From a virus (lineage: Duplodnaviria; Caudoviricetes): DNA of 44,270 nucleotides. How positions within the stretch are numbered: position 1 is the stretch's first letter; the number at the start of each line of letters is the position of its first letter. Shown here piece by piece: positions 8,876-18,097 of this stretch. Under the pieces are notes generated by a model, which worked only from the letters and a program-made list of their open reading frames with translations, was not told where the DNA came from and made no database searches. The stretch spans positions 1 through 44,270 of IMG/VR virus record IMGVR_UViG_3300037782_000174; one strand, 5' to 3'. The position numbers and the translations under genes are program-made.

Positions 8876-9132
8876 GCGACAGTCTGGAACGGCAAATCGC
8901 CGAGCGGCTGTCGCCGCTTATCTCAGAGCACCTGGCGCAGGCGCAGGCGCGGCTCCAGCCGAGGATAGTGCGTGAGCCGGACCCGACCCTGATGGATGCG
9001 GCTCGCGGCGTTGCCGACGCGCTCGGCCGACTTGAGCAAGCCCGCTATTCGCGCGGCGAAATCCACGCGCGCATGGCCCTAGAAAAGCAGGCGCGTGCAT
9101 TGCGGAAAGCGCTTGGGCGGAGGGGAAAATGA
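8872..9132 (+). CDS. Hypothetical phage early protein
   Basis: ATGA overlap and RBS GGAGGT. Confidence 0.7.
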   Translation: MSDSLERQIAERLSPLISEHLAQAQARLQPRIVREPDPTLMDAARGVADALGRLEQARYSRGEIHARMALEKQARALRKALGRRGK

Positions 9133-9467
9133 ACGACCCCCGCAACGTCGCTCTTCTGCGCCTGGCGGCCGAGATCGATGTCATCGATCTTGCCGGCCAG
9201 ATCATCGCCAATCCTCGCGCGACAAGGGTTAGCCTGGCAGGCGAGCTTGCCCTTGCTCATGCCGTCGAGCGCTTCTGGGCCGTCTGCCTCGAAACCGAGC
9301 TGCTGATCCGGGCGCTCGATATGCCGATTGTCGGCACCTCAGAAAACGCCGCCACCCGCCATCACGCAATCTTCACCCAGATCGCCACTGTGCGCCGCCT
9401 AATGGCGGAGCTGCGGGACGAAACAAACACAGCCAAACAGGAGACGAACAGTGGAACAGGCGACTGA
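9129..9467 (+). CDS. Hypothetical phage early protein
   Basis: ATGA overlap and RBS. Confidence 0.7.
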   Translation: MNDPRNVALLRLAAEIDVIDLAGQIIANPRATRVSLAGELALAHAVERFWAVCLETELLIRALDMPIVGTSENAATRHHAIFTQIATVRRLMAELRDETNTAKQETNSGTGD

Positions 9468-10107
9468 GACGCAGGGCTTCGACGACGGCATCACGTCGAT
9501 CGATGGCAAGGACTACATGACCGATCCGAAGGGCGCGCTCATGCCCGTCGAACTGGTCAAGCCGCAGCACAAGCTCGAAGACGAGACCGTCCGCAAGGTG
9601 GTCGGCTACGCGCGCGAACTCAACGCGCAGATCGGCCGGTTCCGCGGGCACACAATGACCGACCTCGGCGAGTTCGATGCGCTGCTCGACCAGGAATATG
9701 GCGGCCGCGCGCGGGCATCCATCAAGGGCAACCGCTCCTACCAGACCTATGACGGGCTGATGAAGGTGCAGGTGCAGGTGGCCGACAAGGTCGATTTCGG
9801 GCCGGAACTGCAAGTCGCGAAGGGGCTGATCGACGAGTGCCTGACCGAATGGGCTGACGACGCGCGCCCCGAAATCCGGGCTGTGGTGACCCGCGCCTTC
9901 AACACCGACAAGGAAGGCCAGATCAACCGCTCCGAAGTATTCATGCTTTTGCGTCTCGACATCGAGGACCAGCGGTGGAAGCGCGCCCAGGCGGCGATCC
10001 GCGACGCCATGCGCGTGGTCGGTTCGCGCGAATATGTCCGCTTCTACGAGCGCGATCGGCCGGATGGCGAGTGGCGGGCAATCACCATCGACCTGGCGAA
10101 GGCGTAA
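9451..10107 (+). CDS. DUF3164 family Mu-like phage protein
   Basis: Family-typical motifs YMTDPKGALMP, KGNRSYQTYDG, FGPELQVAKGLIDECL and YVRFYER. Confidence 0.85.
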   Translation: MEQATETQGFDDGITSIDGKDYMTDPKGALMPVELVKPQHKLEDETVRKVVGYARELNAQIGRFRGHTMTDLGEFDALLDQEYGGRARASIKGNRSYQTYDGLMKVQVQVADKVDFGPELQVAKGLIDECLTEWADDARPEIRAVVTRAFNTDKEGQINRSEVFMLLRLDIEDQRWKRAQAAIRDAMRVVGSREYVRFYERDRPDGEWRAITIDLAKA

Positions 10108-10111
10108 GGAC

Positions 10112-10366
10112 ATGGAGCACCCGGTCCCCGTCGAAAGCCTCGTGCCGGGCGGCATCAGGCTCACCGATCACTGGCACATCAGGACTGATGACGGCACATG
10201 CTCGCGTTGTCGCCAGACACCGCCCGAGCGCGACGTTCCACTGCTGATGTGGAGCGAGGGAGGCCAGAACATGCTGCGCTATTGCGAGAGCTGCCTGGGC
10301 GTTTCCGAAGACCCCTTCAATCCTGCCGGCTCCGGCCCGGTGCCGATCGAGCCAAGGGAGGGCTGA
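10112..10366 (+). CDS. Small CxxC...CxxC zinc-ribbon-like protein
   Basis: RBS AAGGA before ATG 10112; CSRC and CESC motifs. Confidence 0.65.
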   Translation: MEHPVPVESLVPGGIRLTDHWHIRTDDGTCSRCRQTPPERDVPLLMWSEGGQNMLRYCESCLGVSEDPFNPAGSGPVPIEPREG

Positions 10367-10369
10367 GCG

Positions 10370-10588
10370 ATGGCTGGCCTGGCAACGCCTCGGCATTTCA
10401 CCCCAAAATCGATGGCCTCATTCAGTCGCAAGCGCATCGCCCGGATGGGCGATGCTCTCCTAGAGATCGCCGGCTGCTACGGCGATGTCGACCAGATGAT
10501 TGTCGATGAGTGCGACAGGCTGCGCGACGAGTTCTCGCAGCTTCTGGAACTGGTCGAGGAAGCCGAACGCGAAGGGAAAACCCTATGA
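10370..10588 (+). CDS. Hypothetical phage protein
   Basis: RBS GGAGG; packed operon. Confidence 0.65.
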   Translation: MAGLATPRHFTPKSMASFSRKRIARMGDALLEIAGCYGDVDQMIVDECDRLRDEFSQLLELVEEAEREGKTL

Positions 10589-10734
10589 AACGCAGTCAGA
10601 AACGCAGCCGCTCCGGCGCGCAGGAAAAGTGTCCCGAATGCGGGAAGAAGCTGCGCGGGGTCAAGGGGCTCGTCGCGCACCGGCTCGTCGCGCACGGCAT
10701 AACGCCCGACCGCGTCGTTGCGAAGAGGGCGTGA
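10585..10734 (+). CDS. Small C2H2 zinc-finger protein
   Basis: CPECGKKLRGVKGLVAHRLVAH; ATGA/TGATG coupling on both sides. Confidence 0.65.
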   Translation: MKRSQKRSRSGAQEKCPECGKKLRGVKGLVAHRLVAHGITPDRVVAKRA

Positions 10735-11210
10735 TGAACACAGATCGCCAGTGCCGGGAATGCGGCATCACCCATATCGAGCCAGGCATGGAGATCGACG
10801 GCGAGCCGCTCGCCTGGGCTGACGACGATCTGTGCTCGCATTGCCAGGACCGCATCCAGACGGCGCTGGAGCGGGATGCCGCGCGCTACCGTTTCCTGCG
10901 CAATCGATCGACCCAACGGACTGCAATCGCGATGGGTGGCATCTTCGCCGGGCAGGTGCCGGAAAATGTCATCCTTGGTGGCGAGGACCTCGACCGAGCG
11001 ATCGACCGAGAACTCGGCGAAGACGTTTCGGAATTGGAGCCGCTTGAAACGCGCCTGGCGAAATGCCTGGCGTCAGCTGTCGATACGCCTTTGATAACAG
11101 GTCGCGACGAAGTCGGCGGCTTCTCGTCTCCGCTCGATATTCGCCTGGGCTTTTTCCAGCCCAAGATCGCTGAGCTGGCAGCCGAGCTGCTGGAAGAGGC
11201 CGGGCGATGA
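10734..11210 (+). CDS. Hypothetical phage protein with a CxxC pair and DAARYRFLR motif
   Basis: CREC...CSHC; DAARYRFLR...LDRAID is a motif common in small phage proteins. Confidence 0.7.
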   Translation: MNTDRQCRECGITHIEPGMEIDGEPLAWADDDLCSHCQDRIQTALERDAARYRFLRNRSTQRTAIAMGGIFAGQVPENVILGGEDLDRAIDRELGEDVSELEPLETRLAKCLASAVDTPLITGRDEVGGFSSPLDIRLGFFQPKIAELAAELLEEAGR

Positions 11211-11473
11211 AGCGCGCACTTACCGATGAACAGAACGCCGTTGCCGACAGGGTGATGGCCGCAATCGCCGGGTCGGCGCACAACGACGCGTTCGCGGCTT
11301 TCGCCTCGATCATGGCCGCGACCATCAACAGCCAGACGGGCAGCCAGGCGGAGGCGCTGGCGGTAGGTGAAATGTGGGGCCAGCTGTTTGTCGACATGCT
11401 GGTCGAAGGCCGCAAGGGGGCATTTGCCGAGACCGGCAAGTCGGCGGCCATCGATGCGAGGTTTCTCATATGA
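11207..11473 (+). CDS. Hypothetical phage protein
   Basis: ATGA coupling. Confidence 0.65.
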   Translation: MKRALTDEQNAVADRVMAAIAGSAHNDAFAAFASIMAATINSQTGSQAEALAVGEMWGQLFVDMLVEGRKGAFAETGKSAAIDARFLI

Positions 11474-11673
11474 GAGCCTTGATCCCCTATGCCGGTAAGG
11501 ACCGGTCGGTGCGCGACCGCTGGCTTCTCCAAGAGCAGCGGCTGGAGCGCGTCGCCTATCTGTTCGGGATCGGCCGGCGCACCGACCAGATCGCAGAATT
11601 GCTGCGGCTGCCGGAGGCGGATGTCGCCAATCACCTCGCCCGTGTACGTGAAGCGGAAACGCAGCGGCCATGA
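11470..11673 (+). CDS. Small HTH protein
   Basis: LIPYAG N-terminus; GRRTDQIAELLRLPEADVANHL HTH. Confidence 0.65.
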   Translation: MRALIPYAGKDRSVRDRWLLQEQRLERVAYLFGIGRRTDQIAELLRLPEADVANHLARVREAETQRP

Positions 11674-12293
11674 ACGCGCTCGCCGCCATCCATGTTGCCA
11701 GGAAGCAGCTCGGCCTGGACGACGAGACCTATCGCGCCGTGCTGGTCCGGGTGACCGGCAAGGCATCCTCGAAGGACATGAGCGAGCGCGAGCGCGGCCA
11801 GGTGCTCGACGAACTGCGCAGGCAGGGCTTCAAGCCATCGAAAAAGGCCCTTGAAGGACGCTTTGCGAAGAAGCTGCAAGCGTTGTGGATTGCAGCCTGG
11901 AACCTCGGCATCGTGCGCAACCGGGCGGATGCCGCGCTGATCTCATTCGTGCAGCGCCAGACGGGCATCGAACATGTGCGGTTCCTGCATCATCCGGAAG
12001 ACGCCGACAAAGCAATAGAGGCGCTCAAGGCATGGATGACGCGCGAGGCCGGCGTTGACTGGACGCTTGGCCAGCACATGGCGGGCTGGGAGCGCATGCC
12101 GGGCGCAAAAATCGCAATGGCACAGTGGCAACTGCTCGCCAAGGCCGGCGAAGCCCTGCCGCCGTTCCATGCCTTCAAATCCTATTGCGAAGATCACTCG
12201 TTCAACCCGCTCGATCGAATGACGGCTGGTGAGTGGGCGGGGATCATGAACCGGCTCGGCGAGCGCATCCGTGCGCTTCGCAAGGTGCAGTGA
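11670..12293 (+). CDS. gemA: GemA/gp16 family protein
   Basis: IHVARKQLGLDDETYRAVL..VTGK.S, KLQALW and AIEALKAW motifs. Confidence 0.9.
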   Translation: MNALAAIHVARKQLGLDDETYRAVLVRVTGKASSKDMSERERGQVLDELRRQGFKPSKKALEGRFAKKLQALWIAAWNLGIVRNRADAALISFVQRQTGIEHVRFLHHPEDADKAIEALKAWMTREAGVDWTLGQHMAGWERMPGAKIAMAQWQLLAKAGEALPPFHAFKSYCEDHSFNPLDRMTAGEWAGIMNRLGERIRALRKVQ

Positions 12294-12535
12294 TGGCGAA
12301 GCGGCAGCGCACAGGCCGTGTGAATGTTGACTTTGCGGTGATCGAGAAGTTCGCCGCGACCGAGATCGGCGAGCATCCGCTGGCGGCCGCTGGCCGCAAC
12401 TGGAAGCTGTCGCGCAAATCATCACTGCACCGGCGCAAGGACGGCAGCTACACGCTGTGCCTGATCTGGCGCTCCGAAGAGGGCATGCAGCTCACCTCGA
12501 CAATGCGAGGGCTGCAGCTGGAAAGGGCAAGATGA
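12293..12535 (+). CDS. Hypothetical phage protein
   Basis: TGATG coupling; 80 aa, basic. Confidence 0.6.
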   Translation: MAKRQRTGRVNVDFAVIEKFAATEIGEHPLAAAGRNWKLSRKSSLHRRKDGSYTLCLIWRSEEGMQLTSTMRGLQLERAR

Positions 12536-12771
12536 TGCCCGTTATCCAGCCTTTCCCGCCCGGACTGACCACGCCACCTCCGATCGGTGAGCCACCGTTG
12601 CCGGTGCGACCGGCTCCCGTTTCCAGCGACTATGCCCGCCTGCGCGAACGGCGGCAGGCGCTTGTAACCAGGCTGAAGTTCGAGAAGTCCGCAAAGAAGC
12701 GCGGAGAGCTAGCCGGGTGGCTACGCGCCATCACCGCAGAGATGCTCAAGATGGAGACGCGTGGACAATGA
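12532..12771 (+). CDS. Hypothetical phage protein (Pro-rich N-terminus)
   Basis: ATGA coupling on both sides. Confidence 0.6.
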   Translation: MMPVIQPFPPGLTTPPPIGEPPLPVRPAPVSSDYARLRERRQALVTRLKFEKSAKKRGELAGWLRAITAEMLKMETRGQ

Positions 12772-13157
12772 GTACGCGCTCCATGCTTCCGGCCGTGCTG
12801 GCCGAAATCGCGGAAGTGGCGGGACCGGAAGCCGCCTGGGCACTCGCGCGGGCGAAGGGTGGTACCACCGTCTATATTCCCTACAGCGCTGGCGAGGACC
12901 ATTGGCTGACTGAGTTGGTCGGCACGGAGGCGGCCGAGCTGATCTGCGCGCACTTTCGAGTTGCCAATACCGGCACGCGGGTGCTGATACCGATCGCGAA
13001 GCAGGGGCATCAGAGACAGCGGCTTTACAAGGCACTCAAGGATGGAATGTCGGCGCCGCAGGCAGCTAGCGCGGCCGGCATGCATGAGCGCAGCGCGTTC
13101 CGTGCCCGCAGCCGGATGAAGGAAGAGCGCGACGACAAGCAGCGCAAACTGCTTTAG
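12768..13157 (+). CDS. Mor/C-like transcription activator
   Basis: LAEIAEVAGPEAAWALA...GGTTVYIP and a C-terminal HTH; position after gemA as in Mu. Confidence 0.8.
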   Translation: MSTRSMLPAVLAEIAEVAGPEAAWALARAKGGTTVYIPYSAGEDHWLTELVGTEAAELICAHFRVANTGTRVLIPIAKQGHQRQRLYKALKDGMSAPQAASAAGMHERSAFRARSRMKEERDDKQRKLL

Positions 13158-13168
13158 GGATCGAGACC

Positions 13169-13525
13169 ATGAAGGCTTTGCTGATTCTGGCTGTCACTGC
13201 CACCTTTGCCATCGACGGCGACACGATCGAGGTCGCAGGCGAGCGCATCCGCATTGCCAACATCGACACCCCGGAAATCCACCACGCACAATGCGATGCC
13301 GAGCGCCGGCTCGGCCTGGTTGCGAAACGGCGCGTCGAAGAGCTGCTGGCACTCGGCGCAATTGTTGTTACGCGTGGTGACCCGGATACCGGCCGAATGA
13401 AAGACCGCTTCGGCCGCACTCTGGCTGTGGTTTCGGTGCACGGCCGTGACATTGGGGACATGCTGATCGCAGAGGGTCTGGCACGCAAATGGGCCGGCAA
13501 GAGGGAGCCCTGGTGTGAGCGGTGA
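13169..13525 (+). CDS. Thermonuclease (SNase) family protein with signal-like N-terminus
   Basis: IDGDTI, RIRIANIDTPE, DRFGRTLA and LIAEGLAR motifs. Confidence 0.9.
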   Translation: MKALLILAVTATFAIDGDTIEVAGERIRIANIDTPEIHHAQCDAERRLGLVAKRRVEELLALGAIVVTRGDPDTGRMKDRFGRTLAVVSVHGRDIGDMLIAEGLARKWAGKREPWCER

Positions 13526-14288
13526 GTACGAGAAGTCCGCAGACAACAATGTCGAGCACGTCATCGCGAACGCACGGCGACTGATTGATGACGCACGACT
13601 TATACTAAAGGGAGGTGGAAGCCATGGCACAGCGCTGGCTCTTGCTATCCTTGCATTTGAGGAGATCGGTAAGGGGCACGGCCTCGAAATGCACGCAACA
13701 AAAACCAAGTACACTCCGTCGTGGCATCAGTTCCGCCAGTCTCTAGCAGCCACCTTGATGATCCTTTCCCTATTTCAGAAATATGGGATTGCTACTCCTG
13801 AGTTTAGCGAAGCTGCACAATCGCTTTCCAAGAAGCACCGCGGACGCCACAAGAGCCTTTCTGAAATGGCAGCTGCGCCGATTCCTGAAGACTATCGACG
13901 CGAAATATCGGCGGCCTTAGAGGGAAAATTGCCGCCGCTGACCACGCTGGAATGGGCTCGGTTTGACGTGGAGCGGAGGTGGGTCTCGAAGGTAATGATG
14001 GAAGCCTACAGGGGAGACCTGGAAAAGCTACGCCAGCAGGCCATCTACGTCGACTTCAATGATGATGCGGTGTCGACGCCAGAAAGCATTTCGGCACTGG
14101 AGGCCGAGCGATGGATACTGGTTGCAGAGCGGGCGCTGGTGCTTCTGGAAACTGGAGATTTCGAGCTGCCGTATAGTCCGCTGGCAGAGCATCTTGAGAA
14201 AACCGGCGCTGATCCCTTGGAACTGCTCGAAAAACTAAAAAAACAGTTGGGAGAGATCGCCGAGGGCGAAACCCCTGATACTCCCTAA
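13515..14288 (+). CDS. AbiV-family (HEPN) abortive-infection-like protein
   Basis: NARRLIDDA.L......TALALAILAFEEIGK, conserved H (WHQ) and LRQQAIYVD; lower GC and atypical codons relative to its neighbours. Confidence 0.75.
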   Translation: MSGEYEKSADNNVEHVIANARRLIDDARLILKGGGSHGTALALAILAFEEIGKGHGLEMHATKTKYTPSWHQFRQSLAATLMILSLFQKYGIATPEFSEAAQSLSKKHRGRHKSLSEMAAAPIPEDYRREISAALEGKLPPLTTLEWARFDVERRWVSKVMMEAYRGDLEKLRQQAIYVDFNDDAVSTPESISALEAERWILVAERALVLLETGDFELPYSPLAEHLEKTGADPLELLEKLKKQLGEIAEGETPDTP

Positions 14289-14290
14289 CA

Positions 14291-14305
14291 CCTGACACTG
14301 TCAGG
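14291..14305. promoter_or_regulatory. Late-activator palindrome 1 (lysis operon)
   Basis: CCTGACA-C-TGTCAGG, with exact copies at 23094 and 36371. Confidence 0.8.
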
Positions 14306-14374
14306 GCCGCATGGGGCGGCATCGACAGGCACATATGAGCGGAAACCGACCTTCCGTTCAAGCAGGTGCCTCAG

Positions 14375-15325
14375 ATGCAAACGAGCCCCAAGGGCATAGT
14401 CTTCCTCGAAGCGCATGAAGGCGTGGTGCTGAAAGCCTACCGATGCCCGGCCGGGCGTTGGACCATTGGCACAGGCATCACTTCGGCGGCAGGCGTCGGC
14501 AAGGTTACGGCCGGAATGACCATCACCCGCGAGCGCGCTTCGCAGTTGCTCGCAACAGCCCTTCGCCGCAACTATGAGCCGCGCGTCGCCAAGGCGATGC
14601 CGAAAGCCAAGGCGCATGAATTCGATGGCGGTGTCTCGTTCGACTTCAACACCGGAGCGATCGACCGCGCAGGCTGGGTCAAGCTGTGGCTGAAGAACGC
14701 CACGAAGAAAGCTATCCGCGCGAGCCTTGGCCAGTGGCGCAAGGGCGGCGGAAAAGTGCTGCCAGGGCTTGTTCGCCGCCGCGCCGAAGAAGCCGATCTC
14801 ATCCTGGACAACAAGTGGCCTGCACATCTGAAGATTGCTTCGACCGCCAAGCCGTCGGTCGCCTACGCCGTTTTTGTCATCGCAATGTCGGTCGACGAGA
14901 TCGTGGAGGTGCGCCGCGCCTTCGCCAAACTCGGCTACGCCCCTGGCGCAAGAGAGGGTGCAGTCCGGCTTGAGGCCGTTACCACTTTCCAGCGCAAACA
15001 TGACCTCACGGTCGATGGCAAGATCGGCCGGGCGACACTTTCAACCTTGCAGCGTGAACTCGACGCGCGGTCGAAAGGTGCTGCCACCATTGTCACGGGC
15101 GGCGGCGCAACTGTCGCGACCGGTGGAAATGAGGCCGCTGCTCCCGATCCCACCGCCTTGGATTCGAGCCTCATCGGCGATCCGTGGCTGACGACGATCG
15201 GTGTGCTCGTGATCGGTTGCGCTGCGCTCTACGGCTGCTGGCTCGCCTGGCAATACCGAGACGTGATCGCAGCACGTGTGCAGGGCAGCGCGCCCCGCTT
15301 TGCCAAATGGCTGAGGAGCTTCTGA
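14375..15325 (+). CDS. Endolysin: GH24 lysozyme, PG-binding domain and C-terminal TM
   Basis: HEGVVLKAYRCPAGRWTIGTG and LPGLVRRRAEEA; FQRKHDLTVDGKIGRAT; hydrophobic C-terminal helix. Confidence 0.92.
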   Translation: MQTSPKGIVFLEAHEGVVLKAYRCPAGRWTIGTGITSAAGVGKVTAGMTITRERASQLLATALRRNYEPRVAKAMPKAKAHEFDGGVSFDFNTGAIDRAGWVKLWLKNATKKAIRASLGQWRKGGGKVLPGLVRRRAEEADLILDNKWPAHLKIASTAKPSVAYAVFVIAMSVDEIVEVRRAFAKLGYAPGAREGAVRLEAVTTFQRKHDLTVDGKIGRATLSTLQRELDARSKGAATIVTGGGATVATGGNEAAAPDPTALDSSLIGDPWLTTIGVLVIGCAALYGCWLAWQYRDVIAARVQGSAPRFAKWLRSF

Positions 15326-15327
15326 CA

Positions 15328-15672
15328 ATGACCACATACCTACGCACCTTTGGGCTGATCATTGCCCTTCACATTTTTGTCGTGATGGTGACCCTGGCTG
15401 TCGGCATGCGAATAGGCTTCGCGGGCACCGGCGCGGCGGCAGAAAGTCCCGCGCTTGTGGATGTGAACGCCGTCCTCTTCTGGATCATTGTAGGCGATGC
15501 CATCGTGATCCTGCTCTTCGGCATTGCCTGCGCGATTGCCGTCCTGTCCGGCTTGAAGGCAGATCGGTTTTGGGAGCGGGCGCCGCCTGCGATGCTGATA
15601 CTCGTCGGCAGCAGTCTTGGCGGTGCTGCGTTGCTCTGGGGTGCCGGCTATCTGTTCGGTGGCGCAGCATGA
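15328..15672 (+). CDS. Three-TM membrane protein in the lysis block
   Basis: Three hydrophobic segments; ATG directly after the endolysin stop. Confidence 0.65.
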   Translation: MTTYLRTFGLIIALHIFVVMVTLAVGMRIGFAGTGAAAESPALVDVNAVLFWIIVGDAIVILLFGIACAIAVLSGLKADRFWERAPPAMLILVGSSLGGAALLWGAGYLFGGAA

Positions 15673-15851
15673 GTGCGTTCGAGGCCATTGCCCTGGTCGG
15701 AATCTGCGGTATCGCGACCTACGTCGTCTTTCTGCTTACCGATCCCGCACCCACCGATTTCGTCGGCAGGATCATGTTTGTCTCGGGGTTCGCCGGAGTG
15801 TGTCTGGTGATCCTGGCAATCGCCCTGGCAATGATCGGAATACTGTTATGA
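15669..15851 (+). CDS. Small two-TM membrane protein
   Basis: 60 aa, hydrophobic, ATGA overlaps. Confidence 0.6.
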   Translation: MSAFEAIALVGICGIATYVVFLLTDPAPTDFVGRIMFVSGFAGVCLVILAIALAMIGILL

Positions 15852-16408
15852 GTGCGATCGGAGCGATCTTGGCAGGTGTTGCGTCGAAGGTCGGCGCAAC
15901 GCTCGTCAAAAACGTGCTTGAGGGAAGGCTTGGCGCAAGCGTCGGCCAGGCTGGCGGCGACCTTGCCGGGACGGTCATCGACACGATCGCTGAGAAGGCC
16001 GGCGTAGCACCCGAAAAGCTGCCCGACCTACCGGAGAAGGACCTTGGCGCCGCCATCAGGGAAACCGAGGCCATTGCGCCGGAACTGATACAGCTCTGGC
16101 AGGCGGGCCTTGCTGGGCAGTTCGCACTGCTCCAGGCAGAGCAGAATGAGGCCTGGTTTCAGAGCGCCTGGCGCTGGGGGTGGATGTATCTGCTGGCGTT
16201 CTTCTGGACCTGGCGCATCATCATCCTGCCCGTCATCAATGCCGGCTCCGAAGCAGCGATCGAGGCGATCGACCTCGCCGTCCTGCTCACACTGACCACG
16301 TGGTTCATCTCGCTCTACATGGGCGGCCATACGGTCAAAGCCCTCGGTGAGAGCGCCATAAATGCCGTGCGCAGTTGGCGCGACAAGCCTGCGGACAATG
16401 CAGCATGA
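15848..16408 (+). CDS. Holin-like membrane protein
   Basis: WRWGWMY..TM..TM LYMGGHT C-terminus resembles 3TM/GTA-type holins; located in the lysis block. Confidence 0.65.
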   Translation: MSAIGAILAGVASKVGATLVKNVLEGRLGASVGQAGGDLAGTVIDTIAEKAGVAPEKLPDLPEKDLGAAIRETEAIAPELIQLWQAGLAGQFALLQAEQNEAWFQSAWRWGWMYLLAFFWTWRIIILPVINAGSEAAIEAIDLAVLLTLTTWFISLYMGGHTVKALGESAINAVRSWRDKPADNAA

Positions 16409-16641
16409 ATTTCGGCGAGCGTGACTTCGACATCGCCGAGCGGCGCGCTGAACAGGAGCGCGCCGCCGGCATAATGCGCGCCAGGCAAGCAGCGGCACGC
16501 GGCATTGTCGCCTCCGGTGTCGGTGTCTGCATCGATTGCGGCGAACCGATCGAGCCGGCGCGGCGCGCAGCGTTGCCCAGTGCCCAGCGTTGCATCGGCT
16601 GTGAAACCTTCATCGAACGGCAGACCAGGAGACGTGCCTAA
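16405..16641 (+). CDS. TraR/DksA C4 zinc-finger protein
   Basis: CIDCGEPIEPARRAALPSAQRCIGC. Confidence 0.9.
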   Translation: MNFGERDFDIAERRAEQERAAGIMRARQAAARGIVASGVGVCIDCGEPIEPARRAALPSAQRCIGCETFIERQTRRRA

Positions 16642-17003
16642 TGGAACAGATCGAGAGCTACATCGCGCTGGCACTCTCCGCGATCGCGCTGTTCGGCATC
16701 GTCTACAACTGGTTTACGGCCGGCGAGAAGAAGGTCGCCAAAGACCTTGCAAATTTCATTTCCGCGCACCGGGACAAGCACGAAGAGATCGACCGGGAAA
16801 ACAGCGCGATGGATCGTCGTATCCAGCGGTGTGAGGACGAGCTCAAACATCTCCCCGATCAGAAAGCGGTGCACGAGCTGGCGCTGGCACTGAAGGACAT
16901 GCAGGCCGAGATCGCAAAGATCGGCGCGTCGGCCGATCAGTCGGCGCGCACGTCCAAGCGCATCGAGGAATATTTGTTGGCAGAGAAGAAGAGCCGTAGC
17001 TGA
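16641..17003 (+). CDS. DUF2730 / Mu gp25-like protein
   Basis: N-terminal TM, coiled coil and LKHLP motif; position. Confidence 0.75.
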   Translation: MEQIESYIALALSAIALFGIVYNWFTAGEKKVAKDLANFISAHRDKHEEIDRENSAMDRRIQRCEDELKHLPDQKAVHELALALKDMQAEIAKIGASADQSARTSKRIEEYLLAEKKSRS

Positions 17004-17299
17004 TGGACTACCCGGAATTCGTCACTCAGGACGCCCGCCTGATCATCCTTAAGGAGTTGGCGAGGCAGACCTCCGGCTCGCTCAACGAGACGATCCTGAC
17101 GGCCGTGCTGGACAGCTTTGGACATCGGCGTTCGCGCGACTGGGTCCGCACCCAACTGCGCCAGATGGAGGAACTCGGAGCGCTTAGGTGCGTCGAAACG
17201 GGCAGTGTGCTCATTGCCTCCATCACCCGATCCGGTGCCGACCATTGCGAGCGCCGATCGTTCATCGAGGGTATCGCGCGCCCTTCGCCGGAGGCGTGA
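17003..17299 (+). CDS. Mu gp26-like winged-helix protein
   Basis: DARLIILKEL, SRDWVRTQL and ITRSG.D......EGIARPS motifs. Confidence 0.8.
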   Translation: MDYPEFVTQDARLIILKELARQTSGSLNETILTAVLDSFGHRRSRDWVRTQLRQMEELGALRCVETGSVLIASITRSGADHCERRSFIEGIARPSPEA

Positions 17300-17300
17300 G

Positions 17301-17897
17301 GTGGCGCGGCGCGCCGGCCGGGGCCGGCTGTCGGCGATCGACCAATTGCCCGACGAGTGTTCGGAGATCATCACCTGGGCAGCGAAGGAGCTTGCGCAGC
17401 GGGATTTAACCCAGCTCGCCATCTACGCCGAGTTCAAGCAAAAGCTGATCGCGCTGCAGGGCGAAACGGGACTGGGTTTCGACATCCCGTCATTCTCTTC
17501 GTTCAACCGCTATTCGCTGCGGCTGGCATCGATGACGCGAAGGCTTCAACAGACACGCGAGATCGCAGCGGCCATTTCCGAGCGCTTCGATGCCGGCACC
17601 TCAGACGAACTGACACTGATGGCGGCCGAGGCGATCAAGACACTGGTGTTCGAGATCCTCGACACCAGGGGTGAAGCCGGCCTCGATCCCAAGGGCGCAA
17701 TGCAGCTGGCCGGCGCGCTTTACCGTGCCGCGCAGGCACAGGGGGTTTCGACTTCCAGGCGTATCAAGGTTGAGGCCGAATTTGAGAAGAAGGCCGACGC
17801 GGCGATCGACAAGGTTGCCGGTGAACTTGGCCTGACCGCCGATCGCACCGCGCAGCTGCGCCGCGAGTTCCTGGGCGTCAAGGCCGCAGCCAAATGA
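17301..17897 (+). CDS. DUF3486 / Mu gp27-like protein (small terminase candidate)
   Basis: GRGRLSAIDQLP and PSFSSFNRY motifs; precedes the large terminase. Confidence 0.8.
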   Translation: MARRAGRGRLSAIDQLPDECSEIITWAAKELAQRDLTQLAIYAEFKQKLIALQGETGLGFDIPSFSSFNRYSLRLASMTRRLQQTREIAAAISERFDAGTSDELTLMAAEAIKTLVFEILDTRGEAGLDPKGAMQLAGALYRAAQAQGVSTSRRIKVEAEFEKKADAAIDKVAGELGLTADRTAQLRREFLGVKAAAK

Positions 17898-18094
17898 GGG
17901 AGCCGCCTTACGTTCCGCTCGTTCTGTCGCTGGACCAGGCGGTAGCCGTGGAGAACGCATTGCGGCGCGAGATCGTGTTCATGGAAAGTTTGCAAGACGG
18001 CCATCCGGCGATGATTGGCGCCATCGAATGTCGCCGGCATGCCGAAGCTGCGCTCCGCAAGCTGACCTCAGCTTCCAGACACGTGAAGGCGTAG
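17894..18094 (+). CDS. Hypothetical protein between the terminase subunits
   Basis: ATGA coupling; 66 aa. Confidence 0.55.
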   Translation: MREPPYVPLVLSLDQAVAVENALRREIVFMESLQDGHPAMIGAIECRRHAEAALRKLTSASRHVKA

Positions 18095-18097
18095 CCC

